Part shown: positions 28,533-38,025 of the stretch, piece after piece
How positions within the stretch are numbered: the first letter of the stretch is position 1
How the letters are laid out: each line of letters opens with the position of its first letter
Source of the DNA: an uncultured Candidatus Saccharibacteria bacterium
GTDB lineage: Bacteria > Patescibacteriota > Minisyncoccia > Minisyncoccales > CAYJUL01
Length of the DNA stretch: 64,000 bases
Direction: 5' to 3'
Assembly: GCA_964401295.1 (NCBI GenBank)
Contig: CAYNXX010000001.1
Coordinates: forward strand, 137,076 to 201,075
Notes under the pieces: generated by a model
The model's database searches: none
The model's input: the letters and a program-made list of their open reading frames with translations, nothing else
Told to the model about the DNA's origin: nothing
Translations under genes and position numbers: made by a program

Positions 28533-28609
28533 TCAGCGCCTCCGATTTTTAATGAACGTTTTCGGGCTGATAATATAATATAGCAATATAGCGCAGGAAA
28601 ATGCAATGG

Positions 28610-30271
28610 CTACATTTTTTCCGGCGCGGAAATGCACATCGCCATTAGGGCATTTTCAAGAGTTATTTTTGCCGCCAAAAGCAAAGCCAAACGTGCACCT
28701 TCAAGGTTTTTATCTTCGCTTATCACCCGGCAATCTCTGTAGAATTGATGAAAAACAGTTGCCACATCAATAGCATATTGCGCCAAACTTTGAACTTGAT
28801 AAGTCTCTGCCGTAGCCTCAATGATTTCAGGAAAACGTATAAGTTGTTTTATTAAGGCTAGTTCGCTGGGATGTATTAATAATTTTAAATCTTGGCTTGC
28901 AATTTTAAACTTTAATTTTTTCTTACCGAGGCGTACCCCCGAGGCATGCCTTCCCCGGACTGAAACTAGTCTTGGGCCGGGAATTTTGAATTTATTTATA
29001 ATGCTGCAGATTCTAGCGTGGGCATATTGCACATAATAGACCGGATTTTTTTCGGATTGTTCTTTCGCCAAATCAAGATCAAAATTAAGATGGTTGCCAT
29101 AGTTTCTCGTCAAAAAGAAAAATCTTGTCGCATCAGGGCCGATTTCATCCAGCAATTCTTCAGTTGTGACGTAGCTACCCGCGACTCTTTTAGACATCTT
29201 AAGTTCTTTGCCGCCTTCCATAAGTTTTACAAGCTGCATAATGATTGGTTCGACCTGGTCGCGTTTATATCCTAAAGCTTCGGCAGCGGCTTTAAGGCGA
29301 TTGATATAGCCATGATGTTCAGCTCCCAAAAAAATTATTAATCGGCTAAATCCTCTTTTAAATTTATTGTCAAGATAAGCTATCTCTGAAAGAAAATATG
29401 TGTTGCCGAGCTTCCTTTCTTCGGTCACTTTCTTTAATACCCTGTCTTTGTCGTCGCCGAACTGCGAAGAAAGAAACCATAGGGTTCCATCTTCTTCCTT
29501 AATGAAATTTTTGCGACGCAATTCTGCCAATAACTTTTCTATCGCGTCTCCTTTATATAAATCGCTCTCGTATGACCAGACATCGTAAGTAATTCCCATT
29601 TTCGCGACAGTGTTTTTTATTTCACCAACAATAAAAGTAACTGCTTTTTTAACGTCTCTCTCTCCGTTTTTTCTTAATTCTTCCACGTATTCGTTTTTGT
29701 ATAGCGGCTCTTTTTCCGGATCCAAAGATTGTTCAAGGAAAAAAATTTGTCTTCCCATGTCATTCACGTAATATTCTTTTGTGACATCGAAATGAGCAAG
29801 TTTTAGAACCCTCGCCAGTACATCTCCACAAAAACCGCCGCGGGCATTGCCTACGTGCAAAGGACCCGTAGGATTAGCTGATATGAATTCCAGATTAATT
29901 TTTTTATTATTGCCGATATCGCTCTCTCCGAATCTGTCTTTTGCTTTCAATATCTCATTAACTTGTTTATGCAAATACTCTTTTGAAAGGAAAAAGTTTA
30001 TGAATCCGGGACCAGCGATTTCAATTTTTTTAAAAAGACTTTTATTTTTTATTTTATCGTATATTATCTTGGCCACATCAGCCGGATTTTTGCCGGTAGT
30101 TTTACCGAGATGTAAAGCAACCGGCGTGGAATAATCGCCGTTTTGCGGATCCTCCGGGCGCTCAATGAATATCTCAGACAGAACTGATATATTAAAGACG
30201 CCTTCTTGCTGAAGACTATCTAAGATTTCTTTTATTAATTTTTCTATTTTCTTCTTCGTGGTCATATCCAT
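28610..30271 (-). CDS. argS: Arginyl-tRNA synthetase
   Basis: The HIGH-region reads ANPTGPLHVGNARGG. The MSKR-type motif and the DALR anticodon-binding domain are present. Confidence 0.95.
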   Translation of the reverse strand: MDMTTKKKIEKLIKEILDSLQQEGVFNISVLSEIFIERPEDPQNGDYSTPVALHLGKTTGKNPADVAKIIYDKIKNKSLFKKIEIAGPGFINFFLSKEYLHKQVNEILKAKDRFGESDIGNNKKINLEFISANPTGPLHVGNARGGFCGDVLARVLKLAHFDVTKEYYVNDMGRQIFFLEQSLDPEKEPLYKNEYVEELRKNGERDVKKAVTFIVGEIKNTVAKMGITYDVWSYESDLYKGDAIEKLLAELRRKNFIKEEDGTLWFLSSQFGDDKDRVLKKVTEERKLGNTYFLSEIAYLDNKFKRGFSRLIIFLGAEHHGYINRLKAAAEALGYKRDQVEPIIMQLVKLMEGGKELKMSKRVAGSYVTTEELLDEIGPDATRFFFLTRNYGNHLNFDLDLAKEQSEKNPVYYVQYAHARICSIINKFKIPGPRLVSVRGRHASGVRLGKKKLKFKIASQDLKLLIHPSELALIKQLIRFPEIIEATAETYQVQSLAQYAIDVATVFHQFYRDCRVISEDKNLEGARLALLLAAKITLENALMAMCISAPEKM

Positions 30272-30299
30272 CCAAACACGTAGATGGCATCATTTTCAG

Positions 30300-30605
30300 T
30301 CTAAAATTATATTGGAAAAATTAAAAGAGGCCGATGGCCTCGTTTGGGCTTAAACTCATTCGTCAGGAAAGAAAGAAGACAAGGAGTCTTTGTAATTCTC
30401 CGGGAGAAAGACTTTAGCCGGAAGAATTAAAACTTGGTATCTCCTTCCACTCCACTGCGCGGCTACACCGCACGAAATAGTTCTAATCCTACTGACTCTA
30501 CGAATCATCCAGATATAGCATTGCGCTATTTATCATCACCGTAATCCGTGATGGTTCATGAATTATGGTGAGGGGGCATGGGATTGCGCGTGAGGGCGAC
30601 TTTTA
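30300..30605 (-). promoter_or_regulatory. Long structured argS leader with an intrinsic terminator/attenuator hairpin (GAGGCC-AUC-GGCCUC + UUUU) ~75 nt upstream of the start; possible T-box-like element
   Basis: A 334-nt untranslated gap precedes argS. The hairpin plus T-run sits just before the RBS on the minus strand. A weak T-box-like GGUGUAGCCGCGC matches the consensus GGUGGUACCGCGG at 9 of 13 positions. Confidence 0.3.
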
Positions 30606-31181
30606 TTACACAATCCCATACCCTTGGGAGCAAAGCTCCTTGATAACCCAGGTTTCGACTTCATCCCAATTAACGGCGCGCCAAGTGGGGCGCTGGAAGA
30701 GGGAGACCTTGCCCGCAAGCTCCTCCACAAGCTCGCTCGTTAATTCGGCGTGGACGTACTTCTCCATGCGAGGGTCCTCGTACCATAGCTCCCGGAAAAG
30801 GTTTATGAACCTTTGGTCGCACGACGAGCAGGTAACTGCGAGGAGCTTCTTCTTGCCGCTCGGCTCTACCTTCCACGACGCCCAGAAACAGTCGGACACG
30901 TTGCAGCCGCAGAGAGTGCACTTCTTGATCTTGGAGCGGTATAGATCTACCATACCTTCCAAGACAAGCTTCGTGTGACTCGTGCAGTACCAGTCTTCCT
31001 CCACTCTCCAGTCCGCCCCATCAGGACATGGCTTGTTCGGTGGAAAGGTGCGGAAACTGTCGCCGAAGAAACAGTCGAGGTATAGCTTCCTCTGTTCGGC
31101 TTCGGTCCTGCGCCGGATTATAAGTCTAAACTGCTGCCTGCATCGCTCGACCAACGGTTGAATTTCTTGCGCTGTAGTCAT
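30606..31181 (-). CDS. Cys-rich hypothetical protein P3 (191 aa), GC-rich, very strong RBS (AAAGGAGGUGA)
   Basis: Eleven Cys in CxxC/CSSC-type pairs. G+C is clearly above the host. The consensus SD was read from the sequence. It lies between argS and smpB. Confidence 0.6.
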   Translation of the reverse strand: MTTAQEIQPLVERCRQQFRLIIRRRTEAEQRKLYLDCFFGDSFRTFPPNKPCPDGADWRVEEDWYCTSHTKLVLEGMVDLYRSKIKKCTLCGCNVSDCFWASWKVEPSGKKKLLAVTCSSCDQRFINLFRELWYEDPRMEKYVHAELTSELVEELAGKVSLFQRPTWRAVNWDEVETWVIKELCSQGYGIV

Positions 31182-31387
31182 TTATTATCACCTCCTTTGA
31201 AACGCCCTCTATTAAGATTATATCATACATATTAAATTATGTCAAGCAACATACCTCACAATTCTAAGCGTTACTGATGTATGTTAGCCTTAGAATTGGA
31301 ATAACTTCAGAAAGTTTTAACTCTGTAATCGCAATGGAAGTATGATAAGATGAATTAGCAGATTAAAATAATTTATCAACTAAGAAT

Positions 31388-31837
31388 ATGCCCGTCCTGG
31401 CCGAAAATAAAAAAGCCCGCTTCAACTACGAAGTACTGGAATCGTTTGAAGCCGGTATCGTTTTGAAGGGCCAAGAAGTAAAATCAATAAAATCGGGGGG
31501 TATCGCCCTTGCCGGCTCTTATGTTGTTGCCCGCGGCGGCGAAATATGGTTCGTGGGCGCTAATATTCCGCCCTACCAGCCCAAAAATACAACGGCAAAC
31601 TACGATCCCCAGCGGCCGAGAAAATTACTTTTAAAGAAAGAGGAAATAAAGTATTTATTTGGCAGATCCCAGCAGCGAGGCTTGACTTTGGTACCATTAA
31701 GGTTATATACTAAGCAGGGCAGAATAAAATTGGAATTCGGGATCGCCAGACACAAAAAGAAATTCGGAAAAAAACAAACCATTCAAAAAAGGCAGACGCA
31801 AAGAGAAATAGAAAGAGAGCTAAAAACGCGGGGATGA
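31388..31837 (+). CDS. smpB: SsrA-binding protein SmpB
   Basis: The N-terminus reads KKARFNYEVLESFEAGIVLKGQEVKS. Total length is 149 aa. Confidence 0.95.
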   Translation: MPVLAENKKARFNYEVLESFEAGIVLKGQEVKSIKSGGIALAGSYVVARGGEIWFVGANIPPYQPKNTTANYDPQRPRKLLLKKEEIKYLFGRSQQRGLTLVPLRLYTKQGRIKLEFGIARHKKKFGKKQTIQKRQTQREIERELKTRG

Positions 31838-32173
31838 CACAGTTTCGATAGAAGAACTTTTTAAAACATGCGGGCCGAGGCCGATCAAAGCCTCGTTAAA
31901 ATTTGATCAACTAAATAAGTGCCAACTTATTTAACCAACCAGCTTACGCTTTAGCATAAGCCATTTGAAATAATAGATTCTCGATAATTATTTCGGGTGC
32001 AAACCAATCGAGATCGGCGGTTTCTTTGATCTGGAGCGCTGCCGAAAACAACAGATCAAGATGGCGGGCGTTTCGTCCGCTTTCAAGTCCGCCATTTTCC
32101 AAAGTGGACTACACTCGTAGAACTGTTTTAAAAAACATTCTAGACGCGGGGGCAGAACCCGCCATCTCCACCA
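31830..32173 (+). ncRNA. ssrA: tmRNA (ssrA), ~344 nt; tag ORF GCC...TAA encodes (A)NLFNQPAYALA
   Basis: The 5' end GGGGAUGACACAGUUUCGAUAG resembles the E. coli GGGGCUGAUUCUGGAUUCGACGG. It forms a perfect 7-bp acceptor stem with the 3' end ...CAUCUCC-A-CCA, including a G3:U70 pair. A tRNA-like 3' arm GACGCGGGGGCAGAACCCGCC is present. The tag reading frame runs 31921-31959 and ends ...YALA-TAA. The RNA starts within the smpB stop codon. Confidence 0.8.
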
Positions 32174-32192
32174 TCACCAAAACAATAATAAT

Positions 32193-32702
32193 TTGCCAAA
32201 CCGTCCATTAGTGAACAATCAAATAAGGGCGCGGGAAGTAAGAGTGATTGATGCCGAAGGCAAGCAATTAGGAATACTGGACATCCAAGATGCGCTACGC
32301 GTGGCACGCGAGCGCAATTTAGATTTAATACAAGTTACCGAGAATGTTGAACCGCCGGTCTGCAAAATAATGGATTACGGGAAATATCTTTATCAGGAAG
32401 AAAAGAAAAGAAAAATGGCCAAGCCCCAAAAGGGTGGCGAACTAAAAACGATACGCCTAACATTCAATATCTCGGTGCACGATCTGGAAGTGAGAGCGAA
32501 TCGGGCGGAAAAATTCCTGAAAGAAGGCAACAAAGTATTGCTTGAAATGCGGCTCCGTGGCAGAGAAAAAACTCTTCAGAACTTCGCCAAAGAAAAATTT
32601 GCCAAATTTCTTGAAATTATCGGCCGACGACTACAATATAAAATAGAAAGGGAATTAAAGGGCGAGCCAAGAGGGCTTGCGATGATAATAGCCAAACAAT
32701 AA
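32193..32702 (+). CDS. infC: Translation initiation factor IF-3 (non-ATG TTG start)
   Basis: The translation reads IRAREVRVIDAEGKQLGI...ELKTIRLTFNI. The infC-rpmI-rplT order is conserved. Confidence 0.9.
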   Translation: MPNRPLVNNQIRAREVRVIDAEGKQLGILDIQDALRVARERNLDLIQVTENVEPPVCKIMDYGKYLYQEEKKRKMAKPQKGGELKTIRLTFNISVHDLEVRANRAEKFLKEGNKVLLEMRLRGREKTLQNFAKEKFAKFLEIIGRRLQYKIERELKGEPRGLAMIIAKQ

Positions 32703-32729
32703 TCCCCGCGCTGAACTAGCTTTAATACC

Positions 32730-32912
32730 ATGAAAACTAGAAAATCAATAACCAAAAGGTTCAAAATTACGAGAAGCGGCAAGGTTATGCGCCGACTTAC
32801 GGGCCAAGACCATTATTTGGCTAAAAAATCTGGGAAAAGAAGGCGCGCAAGCCGCAAATGGATAGAAATATCCAAGGCTGAGGCGAAAAAAATTAAACAG
32901 CTAATCGGTTAA
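32730..32912 (+). CDS. rpmI: 50S ribosomal protein L35
   Basis: 60-aa basic protein. The N-terminus reads MKTRKSITKRFKITRSGKV. Confidence 0.9.
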   Translation: MKTRKSITKRFKITRSGKVMRRLTGQDHYLAKKSGKRRRASRKWIEISKAEAKKIKQLIG

Positions 32913-32916
32913 TACT

Positions 32917-33264
32917 ATGACTAGGGTTAAACGAGGGAAAATTGCCCATAAGCGCAGGAAACACGTGCTTCAACATGCGAAAGGTTTTCGCTGGGGCAGA
33001 AAATCAAAATATAGAGCCGCGAAAGAAGCCTTGATGCACGGCTGGACGCATGCTTTCCGCGGCAGAAAAGAAAAAAAACGCACATTCCGCAGGTTATGGA
33101 ACGTACAGATTAACGCGGCGGCGCGCGAAAACAGTTTGACGTATGGAAAATTCATTAATCTGCTCAAGAAAAACAAGATCGCGCTGGACAGAAAAGTTTT
33201 GGCCCAACTCGCCATAGAACATCCTGAAATTTTTAACAAGATCGTAGAAGTCGCCAAAAAATAA
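32917..33264 (+). CDS. rplT: 50S ribosomal protein L20
   Basis: The N-terminus reads MTRVKRGKIAHKRRKHVL...GFRWGRKS. Confidence 0.95.
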   Translation: MTRVKRGKIAHKRRKHVLQHAKGFRWGRKSKYRAAKEALMHGWTHAFRGRKEKKRTFRRLWNVQINAAARENSLTYGKFINLLKKNKIALDRKVLAQLAIEHPEIFNKIVEVAKK

Positions 33265-33429
33265 ATCCCGCTGGCGGCGCATCATCGAGATTTAATTTTG
33301 TGTGATTTTATGCTTTGTGGCCTGGATTAGGAATTATTATTCCACAACAAACCTGCATTTTTGTATCGCCTGCTGAATATCTGTAGGCATTATAGAACTC
33401 GGATGGCATCATAATCAAAATCTTTAACT

Positions 33430-33846
33430 TTAACGAGACAGCAAAACGTTGTTCGCCTCGGTTAAAAGCTTTTTTGCATTTTTAAATGTAAGCTGGTTTT
33501 TGGCGGCAGAATACGGTAACCACTTATAAGCAGTATGCTCAAAAGAAAGTTTTACATTCCTGTGCTTGGTCTCGGCTAAATAAAAAACAACAATTTTCAT
33601 AATCGTTTTGCGCTTGCTTCTGAAAAAGTATCTTATCTGCTTTCTGAAACCGGGTACGAATTGAAGATCTTTAATCTCCGTTTCTTCCTCTGTTTCACGC
33701 CGCACCGTATCTTTTTCACTCTCCCCCTTTTCCACATGCCCTTTAGGGAAATCCCAATGTCCGGCGCCATAGTGCAAAAGCAAGTATCTCGCCGCGTTTT
33801 TCTCTTTTTTGAAAACTATTGCTCCAGCAGATTTTTCTATCGGCAT
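33430..33846 (-). CDS. NUDIX hydrolase
   Basis: The Nudix box GHVEKGESEKDTVRRETEEETEI is present. Confidence 0.85.
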   Translation of the reverse strand: MPIEKSAGAIVFKKEKNAARYLLLHYGAGHWDFPKGHVEKGESEKDTVRRETEEETEIKDLQFVPGFRKQIRYFFRSKRKTIMKIVVFYLAETKHRNVKLSFEHTAYKWLPYSAAKNQLTFKNAKKLLTEANNVLLSR

Positions 33847-33848
33847 AT

Positions 33849-35561
33849 TTATTTAAAATATTCAAAGATTTTTTCTATAGGCCGGGCATTGATGATATCT
33901 TTTTTCTCGGCCCAGCCGCGACGGGCCTGGGCCACGCCAAATTCCATGTAGCGCAACTGATCTTTACGATGAGTATCGGTATTGATAACCATCTTAACGC
34001 CAAGCTCTTTGGCGCGCCTTATGTTTTGATCGTTTAAGTCCAGCCGTTCTGGACATGCGTCTATCTCAAGAATTGTGCCGGTTTGTTTTGCAACTTTTAG
34101 GATTTTTTCGAAATCAATCTGATATTCGTCTCTTTTTTTAAGAATTCTGCCCGTCGGGTGGGCGATTATATCCACATTTGGATTTTTCATCGCTTTAATA
34201 ATGCGTTCTGTCATGTGCATTTTGGACATTTTCATCGTTGAATGCACACCGGCTATCGCATAATCAAGTTGGGCAAGGGTTTTATCGGAAATATCTATTG
34301 AACCATCATTCATTATATTTGCCTCGCAACCTTTTAGCACGCGGAATCCTTTTAATTTTTTATTCAGGATATCAATTCTCCCATTTCTTTTTTCCAGTTT
34401 TTTTTCATCCAATCCGTGTTCAATTTTCAAAAATTTTGTGTGATCGGAAATACCTATGTATTCATATCCGAGCGCCTGACCTGCTTTTGCCAGCTCCTCA
34501 ATCGAATTCATTCCTCCATCCCAAGAAGAATGAACATGTAAATCTCCCTTGATATCGCCGTAATCAATTAATTGCGGCAATTTTCCAGCCAATGCAGCCT
34601 CAATTTCGCCATGCTCTTCGCGGATTTCCGGCGGAATCCATGGTAAACCGATGGCTTTATAAACTTTTTCTTCCGTATTGGCAGCTACCTTTTTTTTGCC
34701 GCGGAAAACTCCGTATTCGCTGAGCTTCAAACCTTTTTCTATGGCCAATTTTCTAGTAGCAATATTATGCTCTTTGGAACCGGTAAAATACTGCAGCGCC
34801 GCGCCATAACTTTTTTCCGGCAGAACCCTTATATCCATATCAAACCCGTCTTTTGTTTTCACTGAAGACTTCGTAGCCCCCTTGCCCCATATCTTTACTA
34901 TGCCCGGCATGGAAATAAAAAAATCCATAACAGTCGCCGGATGGTCGCTGATTACCAAAAAATCAACGTCGCCGATTGTCTCTTTGCGCCGGCGCAAAGA
35001 TCCGGCAACATCCACTCTTTTAACAAATTTTAGACTTTTCAATTTTTCCTCAACCTCGCGCGCATACGGCAAAATCTCACCGAGCAAAAATCTTCCATGA
35101 CTTCTTTTTAAAAACTCTATGCCCTGCAAAATATTTTTTTCGGTTTTCTTGCCAAATCCTTCAAGCGGCGAGATTTTATGCGTCTTGGCGGCCTTTTCAA
35201 GATCTTTAAGGTTGATGATGCCAAGTTTTTGGTAAAGAATTTTTGCTTTCTTGGGACCCATGCCCTCCACGGCGATTATTTCCTCCAGATTAAGCGGCAT
35301 TCTTTTTTTAAAATGTTCGTGGTATTCTATTTTTCCGGTTTTGAGATATTCTTCTATTTTTTCTGCAATGCTTTTTCCTACTCCCGGTACGGCTTCAACC
35401 GCCCCAATCCCGCCTTTTTTATAAACACTCTCTATATTCCCTTCCAAGCCCTCAAGGGTCATAGCCGCGCGCCGATAGGCATAGGGCTTGAAGGCTACGC
35501 CGTCCATCTCAAGGTAGTCAGCGATCTCGTAAAAAATTTTGGCAAGCTCCTGATTTTTCAT
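33849..35561 (-). CDS. polX: DNA polymerase X family protein with C-terminal PHP phosphoesterase domain (bacterial PolX)
   Basis: N-terminal HhH/Pol-beta palm motifs and a C-terminal PHP domain (HVHSSWDGG...). Total length is 570 aa. Confidence 0.85.
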   Translation of the reverse strand: MKNQELAKIFYEIADYLEMDGVAFKPYAYRRAAMTLEGLEGNIESVYKKGGIGAVEAVPGVGKSIAEKIEEYLKTGKIEYHEHFKKRMPLNLEEIIAVEGMGPKKAKILYQKLGIINLKDLEKAAKTHKISPLEGFGKKTEKNILQGIEFLKRSHGRFLLGEILPYAREVEEKLKSLKFVKRVDVAGSLRRRKETIGDVDFLVISDHPATVMDFFISMPGIVKIWGKGATKSSVKTKDGFDMDIRVLPEKSYGAALQYFTGSKEHNIATRKLAIEKGLKLSEYGVFRGKKKVAANTEEKVYKAIGLPWIPPEIREEHGEIEAALAGKLPQLIDYGDIKGDLHVHSSWDGGMNSIEELAKAGQALGYEYIGISDHTKFLKIEHGLDEKKLEKRNGRIDILNKKLKGFRVLKGCEANIMNDGSIDISDKTLAQLDYAIAGVHSTMKMSKMHMTERIIKAMKNPNVDIIAHPTGRILKKRDEYQIDFEKILKVAKQTGTILEIDACPERLDLNDQNIRRAKELGVKMVINTDTHRKDQLRYMEFGVAQARRGWAEKKDIINARPIEKIFEYFK

Positions 35562-36253
35562 AGACTAGGCCCTTTCGGCATGAGATATGCTTTATCTTTC
35601 TGGGTTTTTGGTAAAAGATCCTCGCTAATCAAGAAGCACAGAAACATGACTATTATACCGCTTGCGCTGACTATAATAAAAAGCGGCGTAAAGCCTATTG
35701 TTTTGGCAACAATTCCTCCTATTATGCCGGCGAATCCCGTGCCCATGCCGACCGCCGAACTGTCAAAACTCCAGCTTAAAGCTTCCTTTTCCTTGTCTAT
35801 ATGACGAGTAAAAATTCCCGACCAGGATGGAATAACCAATGCCATGCCAAAAGCCTGCAAAAGTTGCAAAATATATATGTGCCACGATAAATAAGAAAAG
35901 ATAAATCCTATAGGAACGATGGTAGTTAAAAACGTACCGGAAATAAGGGCATAATAATCGTCTTTCTCGCCATGATCAGCATCCAAATACTTGGCAATTG
36001 GAATTTGTAGAATTGACTTTGCCAGCCAATAAATTCCTATCGCTATGCCGACCACTTGTACATCTCCGCCCTGGATTTTATCGGCCACAAAAATTGCTAA
36101 AACCGGCATGACCAAACCCCAGCCGAAATTAAAAAACAAGTCGTAAGTTATAAGTGTTTTTATGACCCTGTTTAGAGGAATAAATTTATCTATGACAGTA
36201 TACCTGGACATATTAATCCATTTTAAAATTACTGCGAAGATAATCAAGCGCAT
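35558..36253 (-). CDS. MFS-like 6-TM membrane transporter protein
   Basis: A hydrophobic helix pattern with a GxxxG-rich profile. It could be a half-size or partial MFS. Confidence 0.4.
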   Translation of the reverse strand: MRLIIFAVILKWINMSRYTVIDKFIPLNRVIKTLITYDLFFNFGWGLVMPVLAIFVADKIQGGDVQVVGIAIGIYWLAKSILQIPIAKYLDADHGEKDDYYALISGTFLTTIVPIGFIFSYLSWHIYILQLLQAFGMALVIPSWSGIFTRHIDKEKEALSWSFDSSAVGMGTGFAGIIGGIVAKTIGFTPLFIIVSASGIIVMFLCFLISEDLLPKTQKDKAYLMPKGPSL

Positions 36254-36320
36254 GCACTTGATTGTTTGAGATAAAAGATGTAGTATTGACCGTAGCTCTC
36301 TTACAACTTAGGGGGATATA

Positions 36321-37607
36321 ATGAAAATTCTTTCACTGGTTTTGGACAATGGACTTACAGTATTTATGGTTCCAATGGACGGTACTAAAAAATTAAGCGC
36401 GATGTTTACTGTTAAAGCGGGCTTTAGATATGAGACCAAACGAAATGTGGGCGTCTCGCATTTCATTGAACATATGGCCTTTAAGGGCACCGGGCGCCGG
36501 CCAACGCCCATAGACATTGCGCGGGAAGCCGATAATATCGGCGGTACCATCAATGCCTCAACGGACGTTGATCTAATTTCCTACTTCCTGACTGTTCCGG
36601 CAAGACATGCGGAAGTTGCCTGCGACCTACTCGGCGATATTGTCGCGAATCCTTCCCTAAATCCTGCCGAGATTGAACTGGCAAAAGGGCCCATAAGCGA
36701 AGAAGTCATGGGATACCGCATTGATTCCTGGACAAAAATGGACCTAATAGTTCTTCCGGCGCTTCTTTTCCCCGACAAGCCGGCTGGAAGATTCGTCAGC
36801 GCAGCAGATATAGAAAAAATAGACGCGGCCACGCTACGCGCTTATATGCAAAAACACTTTTTTGGCGCAAACGCAGTCTTGTGTTTCGCAGGACAAATTC
36901 CAAATCCTGCTGCATTTTTTGAAATCATAAAATGTCCGTTCGGCGTATTCCCCGCTGGAAAAAGCAACCAGTCCGCCATGGAATTTAACGTCACAAATGG
37001 GCAAAAAGACATTCGCCTGCGCCTGCTTCGGGCAAAACCGAATGATCCGTTTTTGGTCTTGATGAAGATAAAAGCATACACGATCAACCATCCAAATAAA
37101 TGGATTATCTATGTTTTAAATGCCATTCTCGGAGGAAGCCTCAGTTCCCGGCTTTTTAGCGAACTGCGCGAGCGGCGCGGTCTATCCTACTATGCGCAGA
37201 GCCAATTTGAATACAAAGCTGGTTTTGGCATTCTTTCCATTACTGCGGACTTGGATCCAAAACGCTGGAAAGAAGGCTTGGAAATTATTTCAAGCCAGCT
37301 TAGCTTGTTACGCGATATGCCCGTGAGCGCCGAAGAACTCTCGCGAGCAAAAGAAATGCTATGGAGCGCAACAGAAATGCGACTGGAAGAACCCGAGTTT
37401 GTAGCAGAAAGTATAGCTTTCGAGTGGGGCCTTACCGGAAAGGTCAGAGAATTCACCAGAATTCGGCAAGGAATAAAATCCGTAACCGCTTCCGACATCC
37501 AACTAGCGGCACAAGAATTATTCTGCAAGGATAATATCTGTTTGGCCATTACCGGCCCTAAGCGAAACGAAAAGGAAGAGATTATCAACGTCTTTTCAAA
37601 TTTGTAA
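36321..37607 (+). CDS. M16-family zinc peptidase (second copy)
   Basis: The inverted zinc motif HFIEHMAFKGT is present. Confidence 0.85.
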   Translation: MKILSLVLDNGLTVFMVPMDGTKKLSAMFTVKAGFRYETKRNVGVSHFIEHMAFKGTGRRPTPIDIAREADNIGGTINASTDVDLISYFLTVPARHAEVACDLLGDIVANPSLNPAEIELAKGPISEEVMGYRIDSWTKMDLIVLPALLFPDKPAGRFVSAADIEKIDAATLRAYMQKHFFGANAVLCFAGQIPNPAAFFEIIKCPFGVFPAGKSNQSAMEFNVTNGQKDIRLRLLRAKPNDPFLVLMKIKAYTINHPNKWIIYVLNAILGGSLSSRLFSELRERRGLSYYAQSQFEYKAGFGILSITADLDPKRWKEGLEIISSQLSLLRDMPVSAEELSRAKEMLWSATEMRLEEPEFVAESIAFEWGLTGKVREFTRIRQGIKSVTASDIQLAAQELFCKDNICLAITGPKRNEKEEIINVFSNL

Positions 37608-37659
37608 ACTCAAATCCCGCGCATGCGGGATTTTTTGCAAACCGAAAAATTAAATAATC

Positions 37660-38022
37660 TCAACAAGTTATATGAAACAATCCTATAATTTTTTCCTGCC
37701 GCCCTTCTTCCTCTAGGGAATCTTCATTTCTGATGTTAAAAGTTTTGGTGGCTTCTTCTGTTTTATCAATAAAAATTTTTATCCCCCTCGTTTGCAAAAT
37801 TTCAACAACATCCGGCATGACTTCCGCGTTTCCGTCTTCGCCCGTACCGATGACTATAACCTCGGGTTTTTGTTCAAGCGCCATTTCAATATCTTCAACG
37901 TCAATAATATGGTTCTTGGCGCGCTGCCACGGCAAAACTTCGCCTGCCCAGCGAACCTCAACATCGTAATCATAAATTTTATTGTTAATGATTATGCGGC
38001 CGTATTTATATCCATCAATCAT
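37660..38022 (-). CDS. Mth938-like (DUF498) domain protein
   Basis: ~120 aa with an ...VIVIGTG... core typical of the Mth938 fold. Confidence 0.5.
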   Translation of the reverse strand: MIDGYKYGRIIINNKIYDYDVEVRWAGEVLPWQRAKNHIIDVEDIEMALEQKPEVIVIGTGEDGNAEVMPDVVEILQTRGIKIFIDKTEEATKTFNIRNEDSLEEEGRQEKIIGLFHITC

Positions 38023-38025
38023 GTT

